Assembly: GCA_930982035.1 (NCBI GenBank)
Contig: CAKNJL010000004.1
Coordinates: forward strand, 408 to 64,407
DNA: 64,000 nt
Direction: 5' to 3'
Source of the DNA: an uncultured Clostridium sp.
GTDB taxonomy: Bacteria; Bacillota; Clostridia; TANB77; CAG-508
A model generated the notes under the pieces. It worked only from the letters and a program-made list of their open reading frames with translations. It was not told the origin of the DNA and did no database searches. Positions 29,868-39,466 of the stretch are shown here, in pieces; position 1 is the first letter of the stretch, and each line of letters begins with the position of its first letter. A program made the position numbers and the translations under genes.

Positions 29868-32800
29868 ATGAAAAATAAAATGAAATCAAGAATTAAATAC
29901 TATATTGTTATGATATTTGTTTTTATAGCACTAGTAATTTTAAATAACAACATTAGTAAGGCTTCAAATGATACGGAAATGATGTTAGACTATCCACGCG
30001 AAGCAACTGTGAAGACAGAAATGTATGTTGAGGGTTGGATTATGTCTCAACAAGAAACAGAATTAAAAGTATTGATTGGAAATTATGATGTTACAGATCA
30101 ATTGGTTAGAGAAGAAAGACAAGATGTTATTAATGCTATAAAAGGGTATGGAGATGAGATAATGAATCCTACACCTGGTTTTAGTGGTACTGTAGATTTA
30201 ACACAAATACCAGATGGAACCTATGTGTTGTCTGCTCAAGCGATATCAACTAAGACAGGGAAAATTTTAAAAAAATTAGATAAGCAAATTACGGTAAAGA
30301 AATATAATACTAATTTACATATTGATTATCCAAATATAGAAGAACAAAAAGATACATTTTACTTAGAAGGCTGGGTTATGTCAGAAGATCCAGGAACAAT
30401 TATTAAGGTTTTTATTGATGGTTATGAAGTAGAGCAACAAATTAATAGAACAAAAAGAAGAGATGTTATAAATGCTATCAAAGGATATGGAACAAAAAGT
30501 GAAAATCCATTTCCTGGTATTGAGGCAACAATTGATGTCAGTCATTTAACAGATGGACCACATACAGTGGTTATTAGAGCACAATCATCTTCTACAAATG
30601 AAATCTATATGGAATGTACGAAGAATATTCGAGTGAAAAAGTATGATAGTCAAATTTGTTGGGACTATCCCAAATTGAACCAAACTTCTAATTATGATTT
30701 ATATATAGAAGGTTGGGTTATGTCAGAAGATAAAAATGCAACAGTACAAATATTAGTTGATAATAATGATGTTACAGAGAATATTGAAAGAACAGAAAGA
30801 CAAGATGTATTGAATGCAGTTAATGGCTATGGAGGAAAAGATAAAAATGTAGCACCTGGATTTGTAGGAAATGTGAATTTAGAAAATTATAAAGACGGAG
30901 TTCATACTATAACATTAAAAGTAAGTTCACCAAAAACAGGAGAGCTTATTTATGAAAAATCAAGAAGATTTGTATTAAATAAATATAGTTCAGATTATAG
31001 GTTCGATTATCCAATACAAAATGGAACTGTAAAAGATAATCTGTATATTGAAGGTTGGATAATGAGTGAAAATAAAAATGCAACAATTACCTTGAGTATT
31101 GATGGAAAAGATTACTCTAGTCATATACAAAGAGTAGAAAGACAAGATGTATTAAATGCAGTGAGTGGATGTGGAGGAAAAGAAGCAAACCCATTACCAG
31201 GATTTTATGCTAATATAGATATTAGTGACGTAAAGGATGGACTACATAAAGTGGCATTACAGATAACATCACCACAAACGAATGAAATAATTGCAAGACA
31301 AGAAAAAATAATTCAAGTACATAAGTATGAATCTACTATGATATTTGATTATCCAAAGCAAGGACAAAATGAAAAAAATAATTTATATGTAGAAGGCTGG
31401 TTGATGAGTGAGAATGAGGATGCAAAAATTAATCTGTACATTGATGGAGAGGATTACTCTAGCTATTTGCAAAGAGTAGAAAGACAGGATGTATGGAATG
31501 CTATTAAGGACTATGGGGGAAAAGAAAAAAATCCATTACCAGGATTTAAGGCAAATATCGATTTAACAAACATAAAAGATGGAAAACATACGGTAACTTT
31601 ACATATTATTTCACCATTAACAAATGAAACAATTTTTAAACAAGAAAGAACAATACAAGTAAATAAGTATGAATCTACAATGATGTTAGATTATCCTAAA
31701 CAAGGGGAAATGAAAAAAACAGATTTATATGTAGAAGGTTGGTTAATGAGTGAGGATGAAAATGCAAAAATCACTTTAAGTATTGATGGAAAAGATTATT
31801 CTACTTATATTGAAAGAGTAGAAAGAGAAGATGTATGGAATGATATAGAAGACTATGGAGGAAAAGAAACAAACCCATTACCAGGATATATAGCAAATAT
31901 TGATTTAACAAATATAAAGGATGGAACACATACAATTCTAGTACAAGCAATTTCACCTAAAACGAATGAAATGTTATGTGAAATAAGAAGAACAATTAAC
32001 ATAAAAAAATATGATGGGACAATATATATAGAAACACCAATTTCTAATATGATAACAACACAAGAATTATATATAGAGGGATGGACAATGACAGAATGTC
32101 CAAAATCAACTGTTAAAATTTTAATGGATAATCGTACTATAGATGTAGAAGTAAAAAGAAGAGAAAGAGCAGATGTAATAAATGCAATTAAAGATTATGG
32201 AGGAATAGAAGAAAATCCTACACCTGGATTTTATACAACTGTAAATACGAAACAATTTACTGAAGGAAGACATACATTAACAATTCAAGTGATTTCTAAT
32301 TTAGGAGAGGTTATTACTGAGTATAATAAAGTTATTAGTATTTATTTAAATAAATATTGGGGAATTGATGTTTCTGAGCATCAAGGAGAAATAAATTATG
32401 ATGCATTAGTATCAACTCAAAAATTAGATTTTATGATTATAAGAGCTGGATATGGTAAATTTCCAGAGCAAATTGATGATTATTTTGAGAGAAATTACAG
32501 AGAAGCGACAGCAAGAAATATTCCTGTAGGTGCATATTTGTATTCATATGCAACCGACGTAGAAGGAGCAAAATTAGAGGCATATAATATGCTTTCATGG
32601 CTTAATGGAAGAAGTTTTGAATTACCAATTTTTTATGATATAGAAGATTCAACACAAGATGGGATTGATATGCAAACAAAAACAGATATGTGTATTGCAT
32701 TTTGCGATATAATAAAATCAGCTGGATATAAAGTAGGAATTTATACAAATAAAAATAGATTAATTACACAAATTGATTTAGACAGAATACCAAATGATTA

Positions 32801-32963
32801 TTCTATTTGGGTAGCAAGTTATGGTCAAAATAATGGTGATGTTCCAGATGACATATATCAATATACAGGAAATCATGATATATGGCAATACACATCAACA
32901 GGAACGATTAATGGAATTAGTGGATACGTAGATTTTAATATATGCTATAAAAAATATTTTTAG
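29868..32963 (+). CDS. Secreted GH25 muramidase with 7 copies of the same ~112-aa repeat module
   Basis: Signal/anchor helix. Repeats span nt ~29979-32354. The C-terminal GH25 domain has GIDVSEHQGEINYD, DFMIIRAGYG, and later YDIE and WQYT. Confidence 0.85.
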   Translation: MKNKMKSRIKYYIVMIFVFIALVILNNNISKASNDTEMMLDYPREATVKTEMYVEGWIMSQQETELKVLIGNYDVTDQLVREERQDVINAIKGYGDEIMNPTPGFSGTVDLTQIPDGTYVLSAQAISTKTGKILKKLDKQITVKKYNTNLHIDYPNIEEQKDTFYLEGWVMSEDPGTIIKVFIDGYEVEQQINRTKRRDVINAIKGYGTKSENPFPGIEATIDVSHLTDGPHTVVIRAQSSSTNEIYMECTKNIRVKKYDSQICWDYPKLNQTSNYDLYIEGWVMSEDKNATVQILVDNNDVTENIERTERQDVLNAVNGYGGKDKNVAPGFVGNVNLENYKDGVHTITLKVSSPKTGELIYEKSRRFVLNKYSSDYRFDYPIQNGTVKDNLYIEGWIMSENKNATITLSIDGKDYSSHIQRVERQDVLNAVSGCGGKEANPLPGFYANIDISDVKDGLHKVALQITSPQTNEIIARQEKIIQVHKYESTMIFDYPKQGQNEKNNLYVEGWLMSENEDAKINLYIDGEDYSSYLQRVERQDVWNAIKDYGGKEKNPLPGFKANIDLTNIKDGKHTVTLHIISPLTNETIFKQERTIQVNKYESTMMLDYPKQGEMKKTDLYVEGWLMSEDENAKITLSIDGKDYSTYIERVEREDVWNDIEDYGGKETNPLPGYIANIDLTNIKDGTHTILVQAISPKTNEMLCEIRRTINIKKYDGTIYIETPISNMITTQELYIEGWTMTECPKSTVKILMDNRTIDVEVKRRERADVINAIKDYGGIEENPTPGFYTTVNTKQFTEGRHTLTIQVISNLGEVITEYNKVISIYLNKYWGIDVSEHQGEINYDALVSTQKLDFMIIRAGYGKFPEQIDDYFERNYREATARNIPVGAYLYSYATDVEGAKLEAYNMLSWLNGRSFELPIFYDIEDSTQDGIDMQTKTDMCIAFCDIIKSAGYKVGIYTNKNRLITQIDLDRIPNDYSIWVASYGQNNGDVPDDIYQYTGNHDIWQYTSTGTINGISGYVDFNICYKKYF

Positions 32964-33015
32964 AATAATAGATAATATGAGATTTTGGTGATTAGATAAG
33001 ATAGGAGATGACAAT

Positions 33016-33957
33016 ATGGAAAAAATATCAATAATCGTACCATGCTATAATGAAGAAGAGAGTTTACCATTATTCTATCAAGAAATGGAAAAAGTAAGAG
33101 AAAATGATTTTCATGATGTGGAAATGGAATATATATTTGTAGATGATGGTTCAAAGGATAGTACCTTGAAAGAAATTAAGAAATTAAAAGAACATGATTC
33201 AAAAGTAAAATATATTTCATTTTCTAGAAACTTTGGGAAAGAATCAGCAATGCTTGCAGGGTTAGAATCTTCATCAGGTGATTATGTTACATTAATGGAT
33301 GCTGATTTACAAGATCCCCCTTCATTACTAAGAAAAATGTATGATATCATAAAAAATGAAGACTATGATTGTGTTGGAACGAGAAGAGTTACTAGAAAAG
33401 GAGAGCCACCTATTAGAAGTTTTTTTGCAAGAATATTTTATAAATTGATAAATAAAATGTCAGATGTAGAAATGGTAGATGGAGCAAGGGATTATAGATT
33501 GATGACTAGGCAAATGGTTGATGCTATAATTTCAATGAGAGAATATAATCGTTATTCAAAGGGAATATTTAGTTTTGTAGGTTTCAAAACTAAATGGTTA
33601 GAGTATGAAAATATTCAAAGAGTAGCAGGAGAAACTAAATGGTCTTTTTGGAAATTATTTAAATATGCAATAGAAGGAATAACAGCTTTTTCAACTGTTC
33701 CATTAATACTTTCTTCAATAATTGGATTGTTGTTTTGCTTAATTTCTTTTCTATTAATTGTAATTATTATAATAAAAACTTTAATGTATGGGGATCCTAC
33801 ATCTGGTTGGCCATCATTAGTATGTATTATATTTTTAGTAAGTGGTGTTCAATTGTTTTCACTTGGAATAATCGGGCAATATTTGTCAAAAACATATTTA
33901 GAAGTAAAGCGAAGACCAAAATATATTGTAAAAGAAACTAATGTTAATAAAAAATAA
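33016..33957 (+). CDS. Polyprenol-phosphate glycosyltransferase (GtrB/CsbB-like GT2 with two C-terminal TM helices)
   Basis: ISIIVPCYNEE...VDDGSKD...MDADLQDPP, plus a C-terminal TM pair. Confidence 0.85.
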   Translation: MEKISIIVPCYNEEESLPLFYQEMEKVRENDFHDVEMEYIFVDDGSKDSTLKEIKKLKEHDSKVKYISFSRNFGKESAMLAGLESSSGDYVTLMDADLQDPPSLLRKMYDIIKNEDYDCVGTRRVTRKGEPPIRSFFARIFYKLINKMSDVEMVDGARDYRLMTRQMVDAIISMREYNRYSKGIFSFVGFKTKWLEYENIQRVAGETKWSFWKLFKYAIEGITAFSTVPLILSSIIGLLFCLISFLLIVIIIIKTLMYGDPTSGWPSLVCIIFLVSGVQLFSLGIIGQYLSKTYLEVKRRPKYIVKETNVNKK

Positions 33958-34029
33958 GAAAATATATTGAGTTTGATATAAAAAAATGATATTATTATCA
34001 TATCATATATTTTTAAGAAGGGAGAAACT

Positions 34030-34719
34030 ATGAAAGTTATACTAATTATACCAGCATATAATGAAGCATTGAATATAGAAAAAACAATAAAAGATGTAAC
34101 AGAAAATACAGATTATGATTATGTTGTTGTAAATGACTGTTCAAGTGATGATACTTTAGAGGTATGTCAAAAAAATCATTTTAATGTTCTATCATTACCA
34201 GTAAACTATGGACTAACTAGTGTTGTACAATTGGGAATGAAATATGCAAAGAAAAATGATTATGATATTATTGTTCAATTTGATGGAGATGGTCAACACC
34301 AAGCAAAATATGTAAAAGATTTAGTGAAACAAATTGAAGATGGCTCATGTGATATTGCAATAGGTTCTAGATTTGTTACTAAAAAGAAACCGAAGAGTAT
34401 GAGAATGTTAGGTAGTGGATTATTAACAAGTATTATAAAATTGACAACAGGAAAAACAATCAAAGATCCAACTTCAGGAATGAGAGCATATAATAGAAAA
34501 GCTATTGATGAATTTATTAGAAATAAAAGTTTAACTCCAGAACCAGATACATTAGTATATATGATGAAAAAAGGAATAAATATTAAAGAGGTTCAGGTAG
34601 AAATGAGTGAGAGAGAATTTGGTGAGAGTTATTTAAAACCTTTAAAATCAATGGAATATATGATGAATATGTTTTTGTCAATTATATTTATTAGAGCAAT
34701 TACTAGAAAGAATATATAA
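34030..34719 (+). CDS. Small GT2 glycosyltransferase (DPM1-like)
   Basis: VILIIPAYNEA..VVNDCSSDDT..FDGDGQH motifs. Confidence 0.8.
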   Translation: MKVILIIPAYNEALNIEKTIKDVTENTDYDYVVVNDCSSDDTLEVCQKNHFNVLSLPVNYGLTSVVQLGMKYAKKNDYDIIVQFDGDGQHQAKYVKDLVKQIEDGSCDIAIGSRFVTKKKPKSMRMLGSGLLTSIIKLTTGKTIKDPTSGMRAYNRKAIDEFIRNKSLTPEPDTLVYMMKKGINIKEVQVEMSEREFGESYLKPLKSMEYMMNMFLSIIFIRAITRKNI

Positions 34720-34739
34720 AAATATATGAGGAGGAAAAA

Positions 34740-35102
34740 ATGAGTATCACATTAAGAATTATATTATTTGTTTTTTCATTAATATCTTTTGGATTATGTG
34801 TTATGAAAATAAAACAATCAAAATTAAAAATGAATAATTCTATTATATGGATGTTAGGAAGCTTTCTATTAATTTTAATGAGTATTTTTACAGATGTAGT
34901 AGGATGGATTTCATCATTACTTGGTTTTATGGCTCCAGTTAATTTTGTATTTTTTATCATTATTACTTTTTTATTAATAGAAGTATTCTTAAATAATATG
35001 GCAATATCTAATTTAAATGAAAAAGTAAAGGATTTAGATCATTATATTGCTATTAAAGAAAAAGAAGAGGAAGATAGAAAAAAAGAAAAAAATAATAAGT
35101 AA
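34740..35102 (+). CDS. DUF2304-like small membrane protein (commonly paired with GT2 genes)
   Basis: Three to four TM helices followed by a charged C-terminal coiled tail. Position directly after a GT2 gene. Confidence 0.55.
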   Translation: MSITLRIILFVFSLISFGLCVMKIKQSKLKMNNSIIWMLGSFLLILMSIFTDVVGWISSLLGFMAPVNFVFFIIITFLLIEVFLNNMAISNLNEKVKDLDHYIAIKEKEEEDRKKEKNNK

Positions 35103-35132
35103 AGGAAATGTGCTATGAAAGGGAGAAAAATA

Positions 35133-35486
35133 ATGCAAATCATTTTAGTAATTTTATATTTAGTATTAACAGTTTCAGGATTAGTATTAATGAAAATGGG
35201 AAATAATCCAGGAAGTATTGCTATAAAGGATGGAACGGCAACTTTTGGAATTAGTTTAATTAGTTTTGCAGGATTATTTTGTTATTTATGTAGTTTTTTA
35301 CTATTTACAAGAATTGTGGTTATGTTTGATTTAAGTTATATTATGCCAATTGTTACAGGAATTGTACAAATCTTGACACTAGTTGCTTCTAAAGTTGTGT
35401 TTAAGGAAAATATATCTGTTTATGGTATTGTAGGAGCAAGTTTGGTTATTATAGGAATTGTTGTTATGAATTGGAAACAAAGCTAA
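35133..35486 (+). CDS. SMR/EamA-half-like 4-TM protein, candidate Und-P-sugar flippase subunit (ArnE/F-like)
   Basis: About 117 aa with 4 TM segments. SD agggag lies 8 nt upstream of the ATG at 35133. Confidence 0.55.
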   Translation: MQIILVILYLVLTVSGLVLMKMGNNPGSIAIKDGTATFGISLISFAGLFCYLCSFLLFTRIVVMFDLSYIMPIVTGIVQILTLVASKVVFKENISVYGIVGASLVIIGIVVMNWKQS

Positions 35487-35586
35487 AAAAGTACAAGGAA
35501 AACCTTGTACTTTTTTCATTTAAATGATATGATATATGAAGTTGAATAGTGCAAAGATTTTAAAAAAATTGAAAGGAAGTGTAATA

Positions 35587-36456
35587 ATGAAAATATTAAT
35601 TACAGGAGCAAATGGAATGCTTGCAAATTCAGTTAAAAAGAGGTTAGCAAATGGAAATGAATTAATTTGTACAGACGTATCAGAGCTAGACATTACAGAT
35701 TTAGAGGCAGTTAAAAAGATGGTATCAGAAGTTAAACCAGAATATATTATAAACTGTGCAGCATATACAGCAGTAGATAAAGCAGAAGACAACTATGATT
35801 TAGCAGAAAAAATAAATGCTGACGGACCAAGAAATCTTGCAATAGCAAGTAAAAATGAAAATGCAGTTTTAATACATATAAGTACAGACTATGTATTTGA
35901 TGGAGATTTAGATGTTTCAAAAGCATATGTAGAAGATGATGAAGTTGGACCTGTAACAGTATATGGTAAAACAAAATTACATGGAGAGCAAGGAGTACAA
36001 GAAAACACAGATAAATATTATATATTTAGAACAGCATGGTTATATGGAGAAGGAAATAATTTTGTAAGAACAATGTTAAAATTAGGACCAACTAAAGATG
36101 AATTAAATGTTGTATCAGATCAACATGGAAGTCCAACATATGCAGAAGATTTAGCAAATATAATAGCAGAAGCAATTGAAAAGAAAATACCTTATGGAAT
36201 ATATCATACAACAAACCAAGAATTTACAACATGGTATGAATTTACAAAGAGAATATTTGAATTAGCAAATATTGACTGTAAAGTAAATCCAGTATCAACA
36301 GAAAAATATATAGAAATAATGAAAATCAAACAAGCTAAAAGACCTAAAAATTCACAACTATCAAAAGACAAAATATTAGCACAAGGAATTAACATTCCAA
36401 CATGGGAAGATGGACTAAAGAGATATCTAGAAGTAGAATTACATAAAGAAAATTAA
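35587..36456 (+). CDS. rfbD: dTDP-4-dehydrorhamnose reductase
   Basis: MKILITGANG, ISTDYVFDG, YGKTK and SPTYAEDLA motifs. Confidence 0.9.
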   Translation: MKILITGANGMLANSVKKRLANGNELICTDVSELDITDLEAVKKMVSEVKPEYIINCAAYTAVDKAEDNYDLAEKINADGPRNLAIASKNENAVLIHISTDYVFDGDLDVSKAYVEDDEVGPVTVYGKTKLHGEQGVQENTDKYYIFRTAWLYGEGNNFVRTMLKLGPTKDELNVVSDQHGSPTYAEDLANIIAEAIEKKIPYGIYHTTNQEFTTWYEFTKRIFELANIDCKVNPVSTEKYIEIMKIKQAKRPKNSQLSKDKILAQGINIPTWEDGLKRYLEVELHKEN

Positions 36457-36621
36457 ATTTTCTGATTATTTAAGAAATTAAATAATAAAAGTGAAATCTT
36501 ACTTAATAGAAAAACACCAAAAAATTCTTTTAAAAATAAAAAATTACAAAAAGTTTTGTTTACAATAAAAAGAAAACTTGGTTAAATAGAAAAATGTCTT
36601 AAAGAAGGGATTGTGATAAAA

Positions 36622-37512
36622 ATGAAAAACAGAAAAGGAATTATATTAGCAGGAGGAAGTGGAACAAGATTATATCCATTAACACTTGCAATATCAAAAC
36701 AAATAATGCCAGTATATGACAAACCAATGATATATTACCCATTATCTGTATTAATGGAAGCAGAGGTTAGAGAAGTTTTAATTATTTCAACACCTAGAGA
36801 TATGCCTATATTCAAAGAATTGCTAGGAGATGGTTCACAATGGGGAATGAATTTTGAATATAAAGTTCAAGAAAAACCAAATGGACTAGCAGAAGCATTT
36901 ATAATAGGAGCAGACTTTATTGGAGAAGATAATGTTGTAATGATTTTAGGAGATAATATGTTCTATGGTTCTCATCTACCAGAAATATTAAGAAGAGCAA
37001 ATAGAAGAGAAGATGAGGCAACAATTTTTGGATATTATGTAAAAGATCCAAGAGCATATGGTGTTGTTGAAATTGATGAAAACGGAAAAGCAATTTCTAT
37101 CGAAGAGAAACCACAAGATCCAAAATCAAATTATGCAGTTCCAGGATTATATTTCTATACAAATGAAGTTATAGAAATAGCAAAAAACATTAAACCATCA
37201 GCAAGAGGAGAACTAGAAATTACAACAGTAAATGATGAATATATGAAAATGAAAAAACTAACAGTTGAAAAATTAGGAAGAGGAATGACTTGGTTTGATA
37301 CAGGTACACATGATGCATTACTAGAAACAGCTAGTTTTGTTCAAACAATTGAAAAAAGACAAGGAATGCAAGTATGTTGTCCAGAAGAAATCGCATTCAA
37401 AAAAGGTTGGATAACAGGTGAACAATTATTAGAACTAGCTAAAAAATATATGAAAACAGAATATGGTGTATACTTAAAAGATTTGGCAGAAAATAAATTT
37501 GGAAATGAATAA
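36622..37512 (+). CDS. rfbA: Glucose-1-phosphate thymidylyltransferase
   Basis: [24 protein letters not shown] and WFDTGTHD motifs. Confidence 0.93.
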   Translation: MKNRKGIILAGGSGTRLYPLTLAISKQIMPVYDKPMIYYPLSVLMEAEVREVLIISTPRDMPIFKELLGDGSQWGMNFEYKVQEKPNGLAEAFIIGADFIGEDNVVMILGDNMFYGSHLPEILRRANRREDEATIFGYYVKDPRAYGVVEIDENGKAISIEEKPQDPKSNYAVPGLYFYTNEVIEIAKNIKPSARGELEITTVNDEYMKMKKLTVEKLGRGMTWFDTGTHDALLETASFVQTIEKRQGMQVCCPEEIAFKKGWITGEQLLELAKKYMKTEYGVYLKDLAENKFGNE

Positions 37513-37527
37513 TAGGAGGAACTTTAA

Positions 37528-38112
37528 ATGGGAAAATTTAAAAAAATAGAAACTTCTATAAAAGATGTATATATTATTGAACCAACTGTATTTGGTGATA
37601 ATAGAGGATATTTTATGGAAACATACAGTGATGCAGAATTTGCAGAAATTGGACTAAATTACAACTTTGTACAAGATAATCAATCAAAATCTAGTAAAGG
37701 TGTTTTAAGAGGGCTACACTTCCAAAAAGAAAATACACAAGCAAAATTGGTTAGATGTATTAAAGGAGAAGTATTTGATGTAGCAGTAGACTTAAGACCT
37801 GGAAGTGAAACATATGGTAAATGGGAAGGTGTTATTCTTTCTGAAGAAAATAAAAAAATGTTTATGATACCAAGAGGATTTGCACATGGTTTCTTAGTAT
37901 TATCAGATGAAGCAGAATTTACATATAAATGTGATGATATATATAATCCAAATGCAGAAGGTGGACTTGCTTGGAATGATAAAGATGTAAATATTGATTG
38001 GCCTTTAGGAGATATGAAAATAGGTGATTTATTAACATCAGAAAAAGACGCAAAATGGCCTAGTTTGGAAGAATTAAGAAAAACAGATTTATTTAAAAAT
38101 TTGAAACAATAA
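37528..38112 (+). CDS. rfbC: dTDP-4-dehydrorhamnose 3,5-epimerase
   Basis: FGDNRGYF.E, RGLHFQ, KLVRC..G.VFDVAVDLR and GFAHGF motifs. Confidence 0.93.
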   Translation: MGKFKKIETSIKDVYIIEPTVFGDNRGYFMETYSDAEFAEIGLNYNFVQDNQSKSSKGVLRGLHFQKENTQAKLVRCIKGEVFDVAVDLRPGSETYGKWEGVILSEENKKMFMIPRGFAHGFLVLSDEAEFTYKCDDIYNPNAEGGLAWNDKDVNIDWPLGDMKIGDLLTSEKDAKWPSLEELRKTDLFKNLKQ

Positions 38113-38280
38113 AATGAAATGCATTCTGATAGAAGAATTTTAGTATGAATTAAAACAAAGATTTGTAGAATACTTTACACATTTTTAACTTTATGATATA
38201 CTATAAAACACAAAAATAAAATATAAAAAACAAAGAGTGAAAAAAAGCTTTTTGTACATTAGGAAGGAATGGAATTAAAG

Positions 38281-39249
38281 ATGAAAAACAATATATTAGT
38301 AACAGGAGCAGCAGGATTTATAGGAGCAAATTTTGCTGAACACTTTGTAAATAAACATCCAGACTATAATATAATAGTATTAGACAAATTAACATATGCA
38401 GGAAATTTAGACAATCTAAAAAAAGTTATGGACAAAATAACATTTGTACAAGGAGATATATGTGATTTTGAATTTGTAACAGAAATATTCAAGAAGTATG
38501 ATATCAATGGTGTTATACATTTTGCAGCAGAATCACATGTAGATAACAGTATAAAAACACCATTTGTATTTACACAAACCAATGTATTAGGAACACATAC
38601 ACTTTTAGAAGTAGCAAAACAAATATGGGGAGAAGGAAGTAGTAACAAATTTGTTCATATATCAACAGATGAAGTATATGGAACATTAGGAGAAGAAGGA
38701 TATTTTACAGAAAAATCTCCAATACAACCAAATAGTCCATATTCAGCATCAAAAGCAAGTTCAGACTTAATTGCTTTAGCATATCATGAAACATATAAAA
38801 TGAATGTAACAGTAACAAACTGTTCTAACAATTATGGACCATATCAACACAATGAAAAATTAATACCTCATATGATTAAATTAGCATTAAAAGATGAAAA
38901 ATTACCAGTTTATGGAACAGGTAGAAATATTAGAGACTGGTTATATGTAGAAGATCATTGTGAAGCAATAGATTTAGTATTCCATAATGGAAAAGCAGGA
39001 GAAAGATACAATATTGGGGGACACAATGAAAAAAGAAATATTGAAATTGTTAAATTAATTTTAAAAAGATTAGATAAACCAGAAACATTAATAGAATTTG
39101 TTGAGGATAGAAAAGGTCATGACTATAGATATGCAATTGACCCAACAAAAATAAAAAATGAATTAGGATGGTATCCAAAAACAAAATTTGAAGATGGAAT
39201 TGTAAAAACAATTGATTGGTATTTAGCAAATCCAGAGTGGTTAAACTAA
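38281..39249 (+). CDS. rfbB: dTDP-glucose 4,6-dehydratase
   Basis: ILVTGAAGFIG, HFAAESHVDNS, STDEVYG and YSASKASSD motifs. An alternative ATG lies at 38269. Confidence 0.92.
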   Translation: MKNNILVTGAAGFIGANFAEHFVNKHPDYNIIVLDKLTYAGNLDNLKKVMDKITFVQGDICDFEFVTEIFKKYDINGVIHFAAESHVDNSIKTPFVFTQTNVLGTHTLLEVAKQIWGEGSSNKFVHISTDEVYGTLGEEGYFTEKSPIQPNSPYSASKASSDLIALAYHETYKMNVTVTNCSNNYGPYQHNEKLIPHMIKLALKDEKLPVYGTGRNIRDWLYVEDHCEAIDLVFHNGKAGERYNIGGHNEKRNIEIVKLILKRLDKPETLIEFVEDRKGHDYRYAIDPTKIKNELGWYPKTKFEDGIVKTIDWYLANPEWLN

Positions 39250-39338
39250 TTTTCTGAATAAGCGTTAGCAAAATTTAAATGATAAATATAGTGAAATTAC
39301 ATGACAAATAATAAAGAAAGGTTAAAATTGGTGTAGAA

Positions 39339-39374
39339 ATGATTATTATTAATAAACTAACAAAAATAAAATAA
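39339..39374 (+). promoter_or_regulatory. Candidate leader peptide ORF (MIIINKLTKIK) of the ABC-F gene
   Basis: 11-codon ORF ~90 nt upstream of the ABC-F start. A second mini-ORF (MTNNKERLKLV) lies at 39301-39336. Confidence 0.4.
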
Positions 39375-39429
39375 GATATAATCATATTTTAGAAAGGTTT
39401 ATTAATAGTGCCAATTAATCTATTTATAT

Positions 39430-39463
39430 AACTCCTTCTTTAATATGATTTAAAGGAGGAGTT
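39430..39463 (+). promoter_or_regulatory. SD-sequestering hairpin of the ABC-F gene
   Basis: aactccttctt (39430-39440) pairs 10/11 with aaggaggagtt (39453-39463). The latter contains the SD for the ATG at 39467. Confidence 0.6.
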
Positions 39464-39466
39464 TTT

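Noticed and set aside
33735-33941. Same-strand nested ORF (68 aa) in an alternative frame of the GtrB-like GT2 gene.
   Set aside because: It overlaps the C-terminal TM region of a well-supported gene, has no SD, and has an implausible composition.
36455-36505. Similar ~50-nt sequences right after the rfbD stop (36455-36505) and the rfbB stop (39247-39300): aattttctga..aaat(t)taaat(a/g)ataaa..agtgaaat..tac.
   Set aside because: There are only two imperfect, AT-rich copies, and I found no obvious secondary structure. It is probably a remnant of a shared 3' flank from locus assembly. I did not think it strong enough for a finding.
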